Source: a virus
Lineage: Duplodnaviria; Caudoviricetes
Length of the DNA: 50,318 nucleotides
Virus record (IMG/VR): IMGVR_UViG_3300045282_000259
Span: 1 to 50,318 of that record
Strand: one strand, 5' to 3'
Position 1 is the first letter of the stretch; each line of letters opens with the position of its first letter. This document shows, piece by piece, positions 25,652 through 36,390 of the stretch. The translations under genes and the position numbers were made by a program. The notes beneath the pieces were generated by a model. It was given only the letters and a program-made list of their open reading frames with translations. It was not told the origin of the DNA and made no database searches.

Positions 25652-26976
25652 GTCAGCGTCACCAGCGGATCAATGTAAAACGTACTGCTCGCTTTGCCGA
25701 CCTTGACTCTACAATACACCCACCCCTTTTGCTGCGGCGTGAACGACACGTTGAGCTTGAACTTGGTAGTCGAACCGCCCCATGTCGCTGAGCTCGATGT
25801 CTGGCCGGCCGCAGTTGCCAGTAGATCGGCCTTGCCGTCGTTGACGAATGAGGCTTGCGGCGACGACGAACTGCCGAGATATTGGACATCAAGCCAGACA
25901 TCGTCGTCATTCGGCACCGCGCCGCCGCCCCAGATGCCTTCCACCGTCGCCGTGACGCTCGATCCGATGGTATCATTCCAGATCGCGATCGGCGGGCACT
26001 CGAAAGGTATCGAGTAGTAGCAATTGGCGGTGGTGACGATCTTCCAGGAAATCGGCGTCGTGCCATCGGAGGCGCCGCCACTGCGGACAATAGTCGTGTC
26101 GTGGTCGAGCGTACCGGAGATGCGATGCCGAAAGGTACTGTAATTGATGCCGCTCGCGCCGCAGCGAATAAAATCGATCTCGCTAGAGCCGTGGGACAGC
26201 GGCACCGCCGACTTAGTCACGGCGGCGTCGAGCTTGCAATCTATGAACCTAAACCTATTAGCGGTAACTGGGGCGGACGAACCAGCAATGGTCTTGCCGG
26301 ATGTAGCGGCCGAGAAATCGACGCCAATGCATTCGACATCGGCACCGCGCGTCGCCAAACCACTTGGAACGAGCAGGGTGGTCGGAATTGTGCCGAGCAG
26401 CGCCGATGCCGTATTGCGCCATTTCATCTCGGCGGTAAGATCAAAAGCCTGGTTAATGTTACCAAACGATGCCGTCGTATTGTTCAATTCGACATAGGAA
26501 CCGCCGGTACCGCCCAAATTGCCGAAAGAGATTCTGCTGGTCGTGGATGTCGTGTTCAATCGCAACGAGCAATTATCGAAACGCAGCGACGCGGGGGCTG
26601 AGCCTGGAATTATGATGTGCGCCACATTAGCCGCATTGCCAGCAACAAAAAGAATGCCATCATAGTGCGTATAGCCGTTGAACGTAATGCTGGAGGCGCC
26701 GGTGGTGGCCACCTGCGCCGTCGCCAACCGATCGGCGCTGACCGGCGGCACGGAGCCTGCGCGGTTGACGCAGATAACCTTGGTCGGATTGGATACCGTT
26801 CCGCTGGATGTCAGCGTGATCGCCGCCGCCGTCGACTCCGCATGATCGTGCGCAACATAAAGCGTGTCACCCGCCGCCTCGGTCGCAAACGCGGTCGTCA
26901 GCGTCGTGAAGGCGTTCGCCCAGCTCGACCCGTTGTTGGAACCGCCGGCGCCCGAGTAGACGTAATAGACAGCCAT
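25648..26976 (-). CDS. virion/tail fibre-like beta-rich protein
   Basis: YVYSGAGGSNNGSSWANAFT N-terminal motif; Ser/Thr/Gly-rich; end of tail module. Confidence 0.65.
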   Translation of the reverse strand: MAVYYVYSGAGGSNNGSSWANAFTTLTTAFATEAAGDTLYVAHDHAESTAAAITLTSSGTVSNPTKVICVNRAGSVPPVSADRLATAQVATTGASSITFNGYTHYDGILFVAGNAANVAHIIIPGSAPASLRFDNCSLRLNTTSTTSRISFGNLGGTGGSYVELNNTTASFGNINQAFDLTAEMKWRNTASALLGTIPTTLLVPSGLATRGADVECIGVDFSAATSGKTIAGSSAPVTANRFRFIDCKLDAAVTKSAVPLSHGSSEIDFIRCGASGINYSTFRHRISGTLDHDTTIVRSGGASDGTTPISWKIVTTANCYYSIPFECPPIAIWNDTIGSSVTATVEGIWGGGAVPNDDDVWLDVQYLGSSSSPQASFVNDGKADLLATAAGQTSSSATWGGSTTKFKLNVSFTPQQKGWVYCRVKVGKASSTFYIDPLVTLT

Positions 26977-26980
26977 GCGA

Positions 26981-27436
26981 TCACCTGGAGTTAATCATGA
27001 CGCCGTCAACGTTGGCATCGCGCGGCGTGGTCGAGGTATTGACGGCCACGGCCTCAAGCCCCATCAGGGCAGCACTTCGCGCCGTAGCGGGTGCACTGGT
27101 AATCGGCCCCATGCCGAGCGATGTGGCGCTGGCGTTGCCCGCCACGTTGGTGGCCGTCACCGTTACCGTAATTGTCGTGGTGAGGTCGGCAATGACCAGC
27201 AGATAGTTGTTCGATGTGGCACCGCCTATGCTCGTGCCATTGCGCTTCCACTGATAGGTGTAGGTGATCGGCAACGTGCCGGTCCAGGTTCCATCGGTCG
27301 TAGTCAGCGTCGACGTGACCGCCGTCGCGCCGCTGATGACAGGCAGCACGGTATTGACTGGCGCTACCGGCGCAGCAACGCCGCCAGCGATCGCACCGCG
27401 GCCGGCGATGAATCCATACTGCGCCTGCCAGAACAT
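26981..27436 (-). CDS. Ig-like domain virion protein
   Basis: PVNTVLPVISG...GTWTG...YTYQWKRNG...ITVTVTATN. Confidence 0.75.
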   Translation of the reverse strand: MFWQAQYGFIAGRGAIAGGVAAPVAPVNTVLPVISGATAVTSTLTTTDGTWTGTLPITYTYQWKRNGTSIGGATSNNYLLVIADLTTTITVTVTATNVAGNASATSLGMGPITSAPATARSAALMGLEAVAVNTSTTPRDANVDGVMINSR

Positions 27437-27892
27437 TTATGTAAAGTTTCCGATCCCGATGCAGGACACATTAGCGCCGGTGGTGATTTTCCAGGCACCA
27501 TTCACCGAGATCATGCCGAGCGGAATAAAGAACGGCACAAGATTAGTGACGCTGCTGGCGCCGCCGGTAAACACCGTGATCGAGGTCGCGCCGTCGAGCA
27601 GCGCGATCGTCCCCGGCGAAGTTGATGCGGGAACGGCCAGGATGCCGGAAATGTAATCGCCGGCTGCACCTAGCGGCCCCAGCGTCTGCGCGGTCTGCGA
27701 GGCCGCCACCGTCTCATATTCGCCGGCGCCCATGTTCGCCAGCGCGATGTCGCCGCTGCCGCCGCTGGTATCGAGCAGCGTATGGACAAACGACCACGGC
27801 CCCACACCCGTGCCGCTTTCGTCCCAGACCCGCATCGGGCGACTTGTGCCGAGCGCGTCCTTGACGCTGAGTGTCGCCATTACTCCGGCCAT
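27437..27892 (-). CDS. virion structural protein
   Basis: tail-module position; beta-rich. Confidence 0.6.
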   Translation of the reverse strand: MAGVMATLSVKDALGTSRPMRVWDESGTGVGPWSFVHTLLDTSGGSGDIALANMGAGEYETVAASQTAQTLGPLGAAGDYISGILAVPASTSPGTIALLDGATSITVFTGGASSVTNLVPFFIPLGMISVNGAWKITTGANVSCIGIGNFT

Positions 27893-28081
27893 CTATAGCG
27901 CTCCCAGGTAAGCGGAATCATAAAACCGCGAGAAAACCAAGCTCCATTCGACATCGTCGATCGGATAGTCCTCCGGCGTGTAGATCGTCCCTGGACGGAT
28001 CGTAGTCGGCGTTTCGCCAAACGACGCCCCGATATTGCCCGGCTCGAACAGCGCCGTAATGCAGTGGTCAAGCAGCGGCAT
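27893..28081 (-). CDS. hypothetical protein
   Basis: abuts both neighbours. Confidence 0.5.
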   Translation of the reverse strand: MPLLDHCITALFEPGNIGASFGETPTTIRPGTIYTPEDYPIDDVEWSLVFSRFYDSAYLGAL

Positions 28082-30159
28082 TATGCTGACCCTTCGCGCG
28101 GAAATGCGTGCGTCGGCGGTGTGAAGCCCGCATCGGTCTTGTAGCGCGCGACACCTTTGCTGATGCGCACCTCATCGATCCATCCTGCTAGCGGATTGCC
28201 GCCGAACCCCGTACCGGCGCCGATTACCACGATATTGCCGGTGTTATGATTAATGATGCTGTTGGCTGGCGTGGCGCTGCCGACGACCGCACCATTGACA
28301 TAAAGCCGTATCTTGCCGGTGGGATCCTTGTCGACCGCGAGGTGGTACCATACGTCAGTAACGAGAAGAGTAGTGCTGGCAGACCGCACGTCGACATTGA
28401 TCACGCCTTCGACCGACGCCGACTGGAACATCAAGCCACCAGTAGTGCCGCTTGGACAAAACGCCGCGAGTTGCCAATCGACATCTGACAGCGCCTTGGC
28501 GACCAGTGAGTTGAAACTTGGCAGCAATCTGAACGAACTAAAACGCGCCCAGCATTCGATCGTGAACTGATCCGAATTGGAGTCCGACAGAAAGAAATCG
28601 CTGTTGCCGGGAAACGGCACCTGCGGAAGCGAGCCGGATATTAGTGCTGACGAACTGCCGAACTTGAATTGCGCAGTGTCGATCTGTGGCCCGCCGGCAA
28701 CCCCAGCCGTACCCTGATGCCGCGAGCTTTGATCAGTGAAGCCAGGCGCTCCAGTCGAGCCATCGACCCCCTCAAACCCCAGCAGCAGCACGACCGCGGC
28801 GAAATCCGGATCGACGCTGTCATCCGGCACCATCGAGCAGCGCAGGATCGATTCCAGCATCAGTTCCACCGCATAGTTGACGCCGTGCGTGGTCTCGATA
28901 ACCTTGAATACCTCATCAACGAAATCATCACCGAGGTCGAGCAGCGCCACCATGTCGCCGGGCTCGATCTCGAGCCCGTACAGCATTGCAGTCGCCGCCA
29001 CGCGCTTGCGGGACACCTCCTGCTGGTACAGCGCGTAGGTTACCAGCGACTGCCGGGTATGCGCATCCAGGATCGTCGGCAAGAACACCGACTCGCTTGC
29101 CACCGAGCTCGACACCGCCACCGGCACGCGCGGAAACACAGCTTTCGATGGCACGATGGTGTAGTCGGCGTCAGGATCGATGGTAGTTAGCTCCAGTTCG
29201 CGAGGCACACTGTCCCGCGCCGCCCGCGACAGCGTCACCTGCCCGCTCATTCGCGAACGATTCAGATTGATGTCCGCAGTGACCTGTGCGCCGCGATCAA
29301 CAATGCGCAACTTGTCGGTCTGCAGGATATCCCAATTGAGATAGAACCGGCCGAATTGCTGAATGGTTGCCAAGAATTCCGCATCCGCCGCGAAGATCAT
29401 TCCGCCGCTGGCGTCGGTGATGCCGACCGTCTCAAACTGCGCCGAGGTATAACCAACCCATGGCGACACCGCTAGGCGAGTGAACCCTTCTCCCATGTTG
29501 ATCATGTCGCCGACAGAATCAGAAATCAAAGCCGCAACGTAAGGGATCTTCTTGAACTTGGTAGCCTGTAACGGCAGATCCTGAAACCAGATCAGCATCT
29601 GTGGCCGATAGGCAATGGCATCGGCACCATAGTGCGCGATCTCGATCGGGTCGGCGGCCTGCGTCAATGTCCCCGAATACCATCGGTAGGTAAATCCCTC
29701 GGTCGAAAATCCATCCGCTGCAGTCCACACCACCTCCGAATCGAATGCGATCTCCCGCAGAGTTCGTGTGCCAGCAGGATCGGCCGGCACGCCGAACGAA
29801 ATGCAGAATGTGGCATTGCCGTTCTCAAGCCAGGGTCCAGAAATTATCTCCCCACCTATACGTGCTAGTCCGAGCACCGAGAGCGGAATTGGATGGCCAT
29901 ATAGACTGTACGATGTCTCAGTCGGATTAACGCCGGTCGAGGTCGAAACGACCGGACTGCTCGCAGGCGGAACGGCCTGACTAGCAACCGGGTACCACGC
30001 CATATTATTCGGATCAGCCCGTCCGGCGAGAATATCGGCAGGGTCCGCCTGTCGATAGATGTATGAACCCGGCGCGAACTTGCCGCCGGCACCCCACTCG
30101 GCAAGAATATTGCCACCGCCGAGTGGCGTATATTTTACCGGATCATCTTGCCACGCCAT
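28081..30159 (-). CDS. tail tip/central fibre protein with C-terminal LamG-like domain
   Basis: follows DUF2163; FTIECW...WYHLAV...LYVNG...GWIDEVRISKG. Confidence 0.8.
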   Translation of the reverse strand: MAWQDDPVKYTPLGGGNILAEWGAGGKFAPGSYIYRQADPADILAGRADPNNMAWYPVASQAVPPASSPVVSTSTGVNPTETSYSLYGHPIPLSVLGLARIGGEIISGPWLENGNATFCISFGVPADPAGTRTLREIAFDSEVVWTAADGFSTEGFTYRWYSGTLTQAADPIEIAHYGADAIAYRPQMLIWFQDLPLQATKFKKIPYVAALISDSVGDMINMGEGFTRLAVSPWVGYTSAQFETVGITDASGGMIFAADAEFLATIQQFGRFYLNWDILQTDKLRIVDRGAQVTADINLNRSRMSGQVTLSRAARDSVPRELELTTIDPDADYTIVPSKAVFPRVPVAVSSSVASESVFLPTILDAHTRQSLVTYALYQQEVSRKRVAATAMLYGLEIEPGDMVALLDLGDDFVDEVFKVIETTHGVNYAVELMLESILRCSMVPDDSVDPDFAAVVLLLGFEGVDGSTGAPGFTDQSSRHQGTAGVAGGPQIDTAQFKFGSSSALISGSLPQVPFPGNSDFFLSDSNSDQFTIECWARFSSFRLLPSFNSLVAKALSDVDWQLAAFCPSGTTGGLMFQSASVEGVINVDVRSASTTLLVTDVWYHLAVDKDPTGKIRLYVNGAVVGSATPANSIINHNTGNIVVIGAGTGFGGNPLAGWIDEVRISKGVARYKTDAGFTPPTHAFPREGSA

Positions 30160-30993
30160 CTAGCTGACCTGCTGGGCTGCAGCCGCGGTCCCAGTGAAGT
30201 GTGGCTCTCCCTGGAAATTAATAGCATTCGAAAATTTCTGGCATCCAGTTGCCGTCATCATCGTCTTATCGCAGCCGGGATACATCGTTAGTGCGCCGCC
30301 CACCGTCAGCAATCGAAAGCTCGGCAAGTACGTCGTCACCGTCTGGCTTGACTGCACCCAGTTGGCGACCTGCAGCGCGGTGCCGCTGTCCAGCACAAAG
30401 ACGCCCTGGTTGAACCAGCCATCCGGCTGCGACACGCCCGTCACCGTGAAATTGAACTGATCGACGATCGCGGTAATCGTAGTGTGCACCGCATAGCTGG
30501 CCGGATTAACGCCGCACAGCACCGAGAACAGATCGGTGCGGCACATTGGCGACCGCTTCTGCGTCATCAGAATTTTCGCGAACGCCACCGGTCCCTTGAC
30601 CTCGAGCGAAACCTGATTTTCGATCGAATAGGAGATGTCGCCGATCGCGCCCGTGAACAGCAATTTCGGCGTCGTCAGATTCATCCGGTCGACGATGTAG
30701 ATCTGCACCGCCGCCGAATCGAACAGCCCGATGTCGATATCGTTGGAGTCCAGCACGGTACCGCGATTGTGCACCGCCACGATCTGACAGCTCGGCATCT
30801 CGCCGTTCGAGGTATGCTTGACCGCACTGATCATGATGCCCGGCACCACCTGCCAGGTTTGCCCGCCGATCGTAATCGGCACGTCGGATTCGGCGATCCG
30901 GTAAACCTGCCCGTCCCGTCGCGTAATGGTGCACAGCCGCGCCGGGAAGCCGACCGCAGCGGCGGTGAAGTTGAGCGGAGAGAAGTCTTTCAC
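30160..30993 (-). CDS. DUF2163 / GTA-like tail hub protein
   Basis: ITRRDG; C...CG; PGCDK...C..KFSNAINFQGEP. Confidence 0.85.
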   Translation of the reverse strand: MKDFSPLNFTAAAVGFPARLCTITRRDGQVYRIAESDVPITIGGQTWQVVPGIMISAVKHTSNGEMPSCQIVAVHNRGTVLDSNDIDIGLFDSAAVQIYIVDRMNLTTPKLLFTGAIGDISYSIENQVSLEVKGPVAFAKILMTQKRSPMCRTDLFSVLCGVNPASYAVHTTITAIVDQFNFTVTGVSQPDGWFNQGVFVLDSGTALQVANWVQSSQTVTTYLPSFRLLTVGGALTMYPGCDKTMMTATGCQKFSNAINFQGEPHFTGTAAAAQQVS

Positions 30994-30994
30994 T

Positions 30995-31627
30995 TCAACT
31001 CTCCCCGATCACTTCCTTGATCGGAATGTTCTGCAGCGAAGTCAGATCGGCTTCATTCATGACGACCGGGAGAGTATCCGTATCGAAGCGGCACGGAACG
31101 TCGAATTCTCCGGACCAAGTCAACTGCTGGCCGGCCGCCGGCGCGGTCGTGAATGTCACCAGTCCGGAACTAGAGATCGTGTAGGCGGTCGTGATGACGT
31201 TATTAATCTTGATGACCGGCGTCGAAGCCAATAGCGTGATGCTGCGAACGTAGAAGAACGAGCCCTGCGTGCCGAGCAGGATCAACTGCGGATCATAGGT
31301 CATCGTCAGTTGGAAGGCGGCCTTCGTTCCGTCGCCAGTACCAAAAACCTCGTTCGTGGCGACATAGTCACTCCAATCACGAAACCGAAAAGGATAGACC
31401 GAGCCGAAGTGCGCGCGGAACAGCGAAAGGATGGCACGGAAGTCTCCGAGCTTGTCAGTTGAGTCTTGCAATCCATACCCAAAATTGCCGACGCCGCGGC
31501 ACTTGGTCCATTGCGCAAATCGCTGTTCGTTGCCGCTGACCGCCTCGTGAATCACATTGCGATAAGCCGGGCCGAATTGCGCGCCACGCTCAATGTGTTC
31601 AGGCAACCGGTAGGCTGGAATGGTCAT
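30995..31627 (-). CDS. DUF2460 distal tail protein
   Basis: SGNEQR..W; FRFRDWSD; GTGDG; EFDVPCRFDTD. Confidence 0.88.
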   Translation of the reverse strand: MTIPAYRLPEHIERGAQFGPAYRNVIHEAVSGNEQRFAQWTKCRGVGNFGYGLQDSTDKLGDFRAILSLFRAHFGSVYPFRFRDWSDYVATNEVFGTGDGTKAAFQLTMTYDPQLILLGTQGSFFYVRSITLLASTPVIKINNVITTAYTISSSGLVTFTTAPAAGQQLTWSGEFDVPCRFDTDTLPVVMNEADLTSLQNIPIKEVIGES

Positions 31628-34600
31628 CGTGCCGTCGCCGCGCCGATTTGCTTGGCGAGCCCCTGATTGCTCTGGAACAGGGTCCGCCCTAACTGATCCC
31701 TATCGGCATTACCCTGGATCAGGATCGGCTGAGAAATGTTGATGGTGGTGTGACCCGGGCCGGTTGCAGTGCGCCTCGCTCCCATCGGGTCGACAAAGAT
31801 GCGCTCGCCGCTCGCCACTGGGATCGTCGCGATCATGTTGTCGTTCGCGCTATAGCCGCCCGGCACATCGACCCAGCCGCCAGTCGCCATGCCCTGGCTG
31901 CGGAAACCGATATGCGAGGTTCGCGGGTCCTGGGTGTAATACGGCGACAGCAATTCCTGATTAGTGGCGTTGAGCTGATCGGTCGATTTAGTGAGACCTT
32001 GGATCGATTGCTGTAACTGCGCAATCGCCTGCTGCTGCGCAATGCTGGTGGGGCGGCTCTGCAGCCATTGCATTTCGGCCTGCATGTTAGCCGCCTGCGC
32101 CGCCGGATTCTGCTGATTCAGGGTCTGGTACAACGAGGTGACCTGGCTGATGATGTCCTGCTCCGTTACCGCCTGTTGCGTGGTATAAAACTGCCCCGTC
32201 GGGATGCCCTGACCACCAGGGGCCACGCCGGCTGCCTGTTGCTGAAACGCGCCATGCGCCTGCGCCCCCATGGCGAACGCTAGCCCCGCCTGAATGCTTC
32301 CCATCGAAGCAACCTGATCGCTAAAGCTCTTGGCATTTGCCGCCTGCTGCGCCAGCGACTCCGCCGCCGCGCGCGGCCATAGGCTGGTCTCCACGCTACC
32401 GCCGCCGCTACCGCTTCCCACGAAGCTGCCGGGTTCCCCTGCGGCGCGGGACTGGAAACTCGTGGCTACGTAGGTCTGGTCTGGCGTCCAGCCTCGTCCG
32501 GCCGCGCCCATCATTGCCTGAGTTGCCGCCTGCATATTACTGGCATAACTACCGGCGCTCGCTGCCGCCTTCGCCATCTGGTTCGACAGCATCGCCGAGC
32601 TGAGCGCCGCAGCCTCGGTGGCGTTAGCGCCGGACTTGATCGCGTTGTCATAGGCAATCGCCCGCTCTTCCGATTCACCCATGCCGCGCGCCTGCGCCTT
32701 GATCAGTCGAGTGGAATCCTCCAGCGACTGAATCTGCTTTTCAACGGCGGCATTCGCTTGCGCATGCGCATTCGCCAATTGCTTGGCGGCCACCTGTTGC
32801 GCTATCAACCAATCGACACCGTCGTGCACCAATTGATTATAGGTCGCCGCAGCCTGCGCCTTCATCTGCTCGGCCCCAGTGACAGCCGCTGCTGCCGCGG
32901 CCTGGTTCTGCAGATTGAACAGCGTTTCCTTGGCTTGCGCGTTGACCTGGGCCTGCGCAATCGCTTGTCTCTCCGTAGCCACCGCGACTGCTACAGCCGC
33001 ATTCTTGGCTTGATCGAGCACGGTCGCATAATCCAGCGCGTATTGCGCGCTCCTTCTTTGCGCGCCGCCGACCGCGTTGGCCACGCCCAATTGTTCTTGC
33101 ATATTTTTAGTGGCCTGCGCGATCGCCTGCGCGGTAACCTTGGCTTGCTCGGCTATCGCATTGGCCGGAGCGTTCGCCATTTCCTCTTTCAGTTGCGCGA
33201 CTTTCTGCCGTGCTTTATCAAGTTCCGAAGTGTCCATCTGAGGCCCGCTGAAAAACATATTCTTGGATTGCTCTTCCAATGCCTCTAATTCCTTTTCCGC
33301 CTCCTTCAATTTCTCGGTAATGCCGACCGGTCTCGTCACCGGTGTCGCCAACAGATTGACGAAGTCACGCCACCCTTTCGTCCAGAATCCAGCGGTATCA
33401 GCCGCCTTCTGCAATTCCGGCGTCAACGAATTGACGATGATCTGCATCGCCCTTGTCTTGTCGCCTGCCGCCTGTGTGGCCAGCGCTGCATTGCGCGTTC
33501 TCTGATCGAATTCACCGAAGGTCTTGGCAAGTTCGTCCATCGCCTTTACTGGGTCGGAGCCGAACTTGACCCATGCATCGCTGGCTTCAGCAACGCTAAC
33601 TTTGGTTTTTTCGGCAAACCCCATTACGGCAACATTCATGCCGCTGACATTCTTGACGACGATATCACCGGCTGCGGTAAACGCTTCGCCGAGCGCCCGC
33701 ACCTCCTTTTCCGACATCCCGCCAGAAGGACGCTCGGCTGCGGTTCGCGCAGCGAATTGATTGATGTCCGCGGCCGTCGAGCCGGTTCGCCTGCCGGCGC
33801 CAATCATGGAGAGATCCATGGCCTTCTGTGCCGCGCCAGCTTGCGAAGCCGCATAGGCGAGAGCCGCGCCGACCGCCAGAACGCCAGTTACAACGCCAGG
33901 CAACGACGTTATGAACGATGCCATACCCGACGCGATTCCCTTGAAGATGTCTCCGGCCTTTCGGCCCGAGGAAGCAAATACGTCCCAGATCTGAGAGCCC
34001 TGCTGAATCGCCACCATCAGAATATTTTGGCCGCCGGCCAACGAAACAAAGACATCCTGCGCCTGACGACCCAAATTGATCATCTCATAGCGCGCCATCT
34101 TGGTGGAATTACCCATGGCATCGGTTACTTGCTGATGCCTCCGAAGCGCCGCCCCCGCTTGTTCCTGCGCAGCGGCATATTCGGTCTGAGAGATCTTGCC
34201 GTCCTTAAGCGCCGTCCGGTAGATCGCCATCTGCGTACCGATCTTACCCTGCTCAACCTCCAATGGATTCATCGCAGCGCGCAGCCGATTGATAGATGCA
34301 ACCTGTTCGTCCTGGGCTTTCGCTGCCGCCTCGAACTGCGCCGCGTAAGCGTCCATGCCGCCAGCGCGTTGAGCAGTTATGCCGGGACCAGCCGCCGTCG
34401 TAGCCTGCGCGCGGCGCACATTCTCGTTCGCCACCGCAAGCTCTTCGAGCTTCCTGGTTTGCTCCGCTATTTTGTTGTTGGTGACTTCGTAATAGGCCGC
34501 TAATTGTTGTTGCGTGCCAAGGCCGGCCTGCGTGCCAAGGCCGGTCTCGGCGTAGCGCTCATAGCTTTCCGCGGCCTTGCGGATATTCTCCATGATCCTG

Positions 34601-34779
34601 ACGGTTTGATCGCCACGGGCAATCTGGTCTTGCAGGCCTTGTGAGAACTTCCGGGTCGATGATGTTGCTTTTTCCTCGGCTATCGCCAACCCGTCGATAT
34701 GCGATGTCAACTCCCTGATCTGCGCCATGCCTTCGACTTGGAGACGATAAATCGCAGTCTCGACGGTGTCCTGGGCCAT
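31624..34779 (-). CDS. tail tape measure protein
   Basis: 1051 aa, Ala/Gln-rich; NLGRQAQDVFVSLAGGQ...IQQGSQI lambda-like TMP motif. Confidence 0.92.
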   Translation of the reverse strand: MAQDTVETAIYRLQVEGMAQIRELTSHIDGLAIAEEKATSSTRKFSQGLQDQIARGDQTVRIMENIRKAAESYERYAETGLGTQAGLGTQQQLAAYYEVTNNKIAEQTRKLEELAVANENVRRAQATTAAGPGITAQRAGGMDAYAAQFEAAAKAQDEQVASINRLRAAMNPLEVEQGKIGTQMAIYRTALKDGKISQTEYAAAQEQAGAALRRHQQVTDAMGNSTKMARYEMINLGRQAQDVFVSLAGGQNILMVAIQQGSQIWDVFASSGRKAGDIFKGIASGMASFITSLPGVVTGVLAVGAALAYAASQAGAAQKAMDLSMIGAGRRTGSTAADINQFAARTAAERPSGGMSEKEVRALGEAFTAAGDIVVKNVSGMNVAVMGFAEKTKVSVAEASDAWVKFGSDPVKAMDELAKTFGEFDQRTRNAALATQAAGDKTRAMQIIVNSLTPELQKAADTAGFWTKGWRDFVNLLATPVTRPVGITEKLKEAEKELEALEEQSKNMFFSGPQMDTSELDKARQKVAQLKEEMANAPANAIAEQAKVTAQAIAQATKNMQEQLGVANAVGGAQRRSAQYALDYATVLDQAKNAAVAVAVATERQAIAQAQVNAQAKETLFNLQNQAAAAAAVTGAEQMKAQAAATYNQLVHDGVDWLIAQQVAAKQLANAHAQANAAVEKQIQSLEDSTRLIKAQARGMGESEERAIAYDNAIKSGANATEAAALSSAMLSNQMAKAAASAGSYASNMQAATQAMMGAAGRGWTPDQTYVATSFQSRAAGEPGSFVGSGSGGGSVETSLWPRAAAESLAQQAANAKSFSDQVASMGSIQAGLAFAMGAQAHGAFQQQAAGVAPGGQGIPTGQFYTTQQAVTEQDIISQVTSLYQTLNQQNPAAQAANMQAEMQWLQSRPTSIAQQQAIAQLQQSIQGLTKSTDQLNATNQELLSPYYTQDPRTSHIGFRSQGMATGGWVDVPGGYSANDNMIATIPVASGERIFVDPMGARRTATGPGHTTINISQPILIQGNADRDQLGRTLFQSNQGLAKQIGAATAR

Positions 34780-35472
34780 TTAGATCGGCGCCTCAAAGAA
34801 GATTGCGGGCGAGGTAACGACTGCGCCCTCTAACCGATCGGGACGCTGTCGCTTGCTATAAGCATAACCGCGCGTAGTTTTAATCAGCGATCGTTGGTTC
34901 TTAGTCAGTGTCCAGGCACCGAGATCGACATATCCCATCCTGATCTTTGCTCTGCCCTTGCCTTCCGCCTTGGTCATTTCGGTTACCCGTTCATAAATCC
35001 GATTAGGCTTTGAAACCAAAAATGCCCGCGCCCCACCTTTGGTTCGTCCAACTTCCAGTCTGCGCGCATACGGCACCGGGTTGGCAATATAGATTCGATC
35101 GCCGGCCTTGATCGAATTCGGAATGGTATCCCCGACCGGCTGATCATTGACGTACACAGTATGGCTGCGCTTGTAGTTGCCGCTGTCGGTCGGCGACTGC
35201 CGCCGCAATTCCGTCAGCGCGAACAGGATCAGGTCGACGAGATACCGGTAATTGTAGACAATCGGCCCCGGCAGCCGCACCGTTTCCAGATTGGAATTGC
35301 CGGGCGTGTTGGCATACGCCTCCCAGCTTGGCTGCAGCCCCTTCGACGCCGCATCCGCCATGATCTGCTGATGACCATTGCGTGCAGTTGAGATCAACAG
35401 CGCCTTGCCATCGGTCTCGACCTGCTTCGGCCAATCGACCGTGACAATCCGGCGGATGAGTTGGGTGCTCAC
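34780..35472 (-). CDS. HK97 gp10-like tail completion protein
   Basis: SPTDSGNYKRS...IYIANPVPYARRLEVG. Confidence 0.7.
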   Translation of the reverse strand: MSTQLIRRIVTVDWPKQVETDGKALLISTARNGHQQIMADAASKGLQPSWEAYANTPGNSNLETVRLPGPIVYNYRYLVDLILFALTELRRQSPTDSGNYKRSHTVYVNDQPVGDTIPNSIKAGDRIYIANPVPYARRLEVGRTKGGARAFLVSKPNRIYERVTEMTKAEGKGRAKIRMGYVDLGAWTLTKNQRSLIKTTRGYAYSKRQRPDRLEGAVVTSPAIFFEAPI

Positions 35473-35804
35473 TTCTTCTGTTTCCGCTCTGCTTCCATTT
35501 TCTCAACGTGGACGTTGGCGCGGATGCAACTCAACTGCATCATCAAGTCGACTTCCCACGGCTCGAGCTCGATTTGCAGCAACTGCGACCACGCCCACAA
35601 GCCTTCCCAGGTGATCACCGGATAGGACATCCCGGTTGCCGCCAGCCCCATCGAATGCTGCGAGAACCAGAGCCAGAGATAACCCAGCACCTCCGGAAAT
35701 GGCGGTCCTTCGGAATCGATCAGCGCGGCAATCTTCTTCTTACCGAGCAGCGTCAATTGCCGCGCTGCGGATTCGAACAGATCGCCCTCGAGATCGCCGC
35801 TCAC
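35469..35804 (-). CDS. tail assembly chaperone, gpT-like frameshift extension
   Basis: reached by a -1 shift from the upstream chaperone; YLWLWF...ITW...LEPWEV. Confidence 0.75.
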   Translation of the reverse strand: MSGDLEGDLFESAARQLTLLGKKKIAALIDSEGPPFPEVLGYLWLWFSQHSMGLAATGMSYPVITWEGLWAWSQLLQIELEPWEVDLMMQLSCIRANVHVEKMEAERKQKK

Positions 35805-35845
35805 CGTCTTGCGGCTGCGCCTAAACTCGACCGTGGCCCACTCGA

Positions 35846-36268
35846 TCAGGTCGTCGATGAGCCCTTGGAGAAATTTGCCCGGTCGGCCGCGCTTTCGTCG
35901 ATCTGCTCGCGCAGCCAGCCGACCGCAGAGTTGCCGTACAGCTCGCGCGCGTTCTCCTGGGTGAATGGCAAGTCGATCGGGTTGCCCTTGAGATCAACTA
36001 GGTACCAACCCGCGGTCAGCGCCGCCAGCACCTCGGTGGCTTCGGCCTCGAGCTCTTCCGGCGTGATCTTGAGCCGGCCGCGCATTGCCAGCCTTCGCCG
36101 CTGCACCGCGCGCTGATGCTTTCGTGCGATCTCGGAATCGGCGGAATAGTGATCGATATAAGCTTCCTTGCCCTCGGTATCACGTAATGGCTGTCGGGTC
36201 ACGGGATGTAATAGCGTCAGACGAAACGGTGCTTCAACTTCGAGTTCGAGTCCGGAGAATTTTGACAT
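35846..36268 (-). CDS. tail assembly chaperone (gpG-like)
   Basis: LHPVT...ADSE...FTQENARELY...WLREQI...NF; between tube and TMP genes. Confidence 0.8.
   Translation of the reverse strand: MSKFSGLELEVEAPFRLTLLHPVTRQPLRDTEGKEAYIDHYSADSEIARKHQRAVQRRRLAMRGRLKITPEELEAEATEVLAALTAGWYLVDLKGNPIDLPFTQENARELYGNSAVGWLREQIDESAADRANFSKGSSTT
35870..35876 (-). other. -1 programmed frameshift slippery site A AAT TTC
   Basis: X XXY YYZ in frame; the -1 frame is open (LQGLIDDLIEW...) into the 35469-35804 ORF. Confidence 0.75.
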
Positions 36269-36390
36269 GGTTCACCTTTGGCGGAAGGGTGAACCGGGCG
36301 ACCCGCCAGCCGCCCGGTTCGATTGCAGGGAGGTTCTTCTTGCAATCACCCGGCGGATGCCAGGCAGGATTCCCCGCAGCTAGCGGGGAT

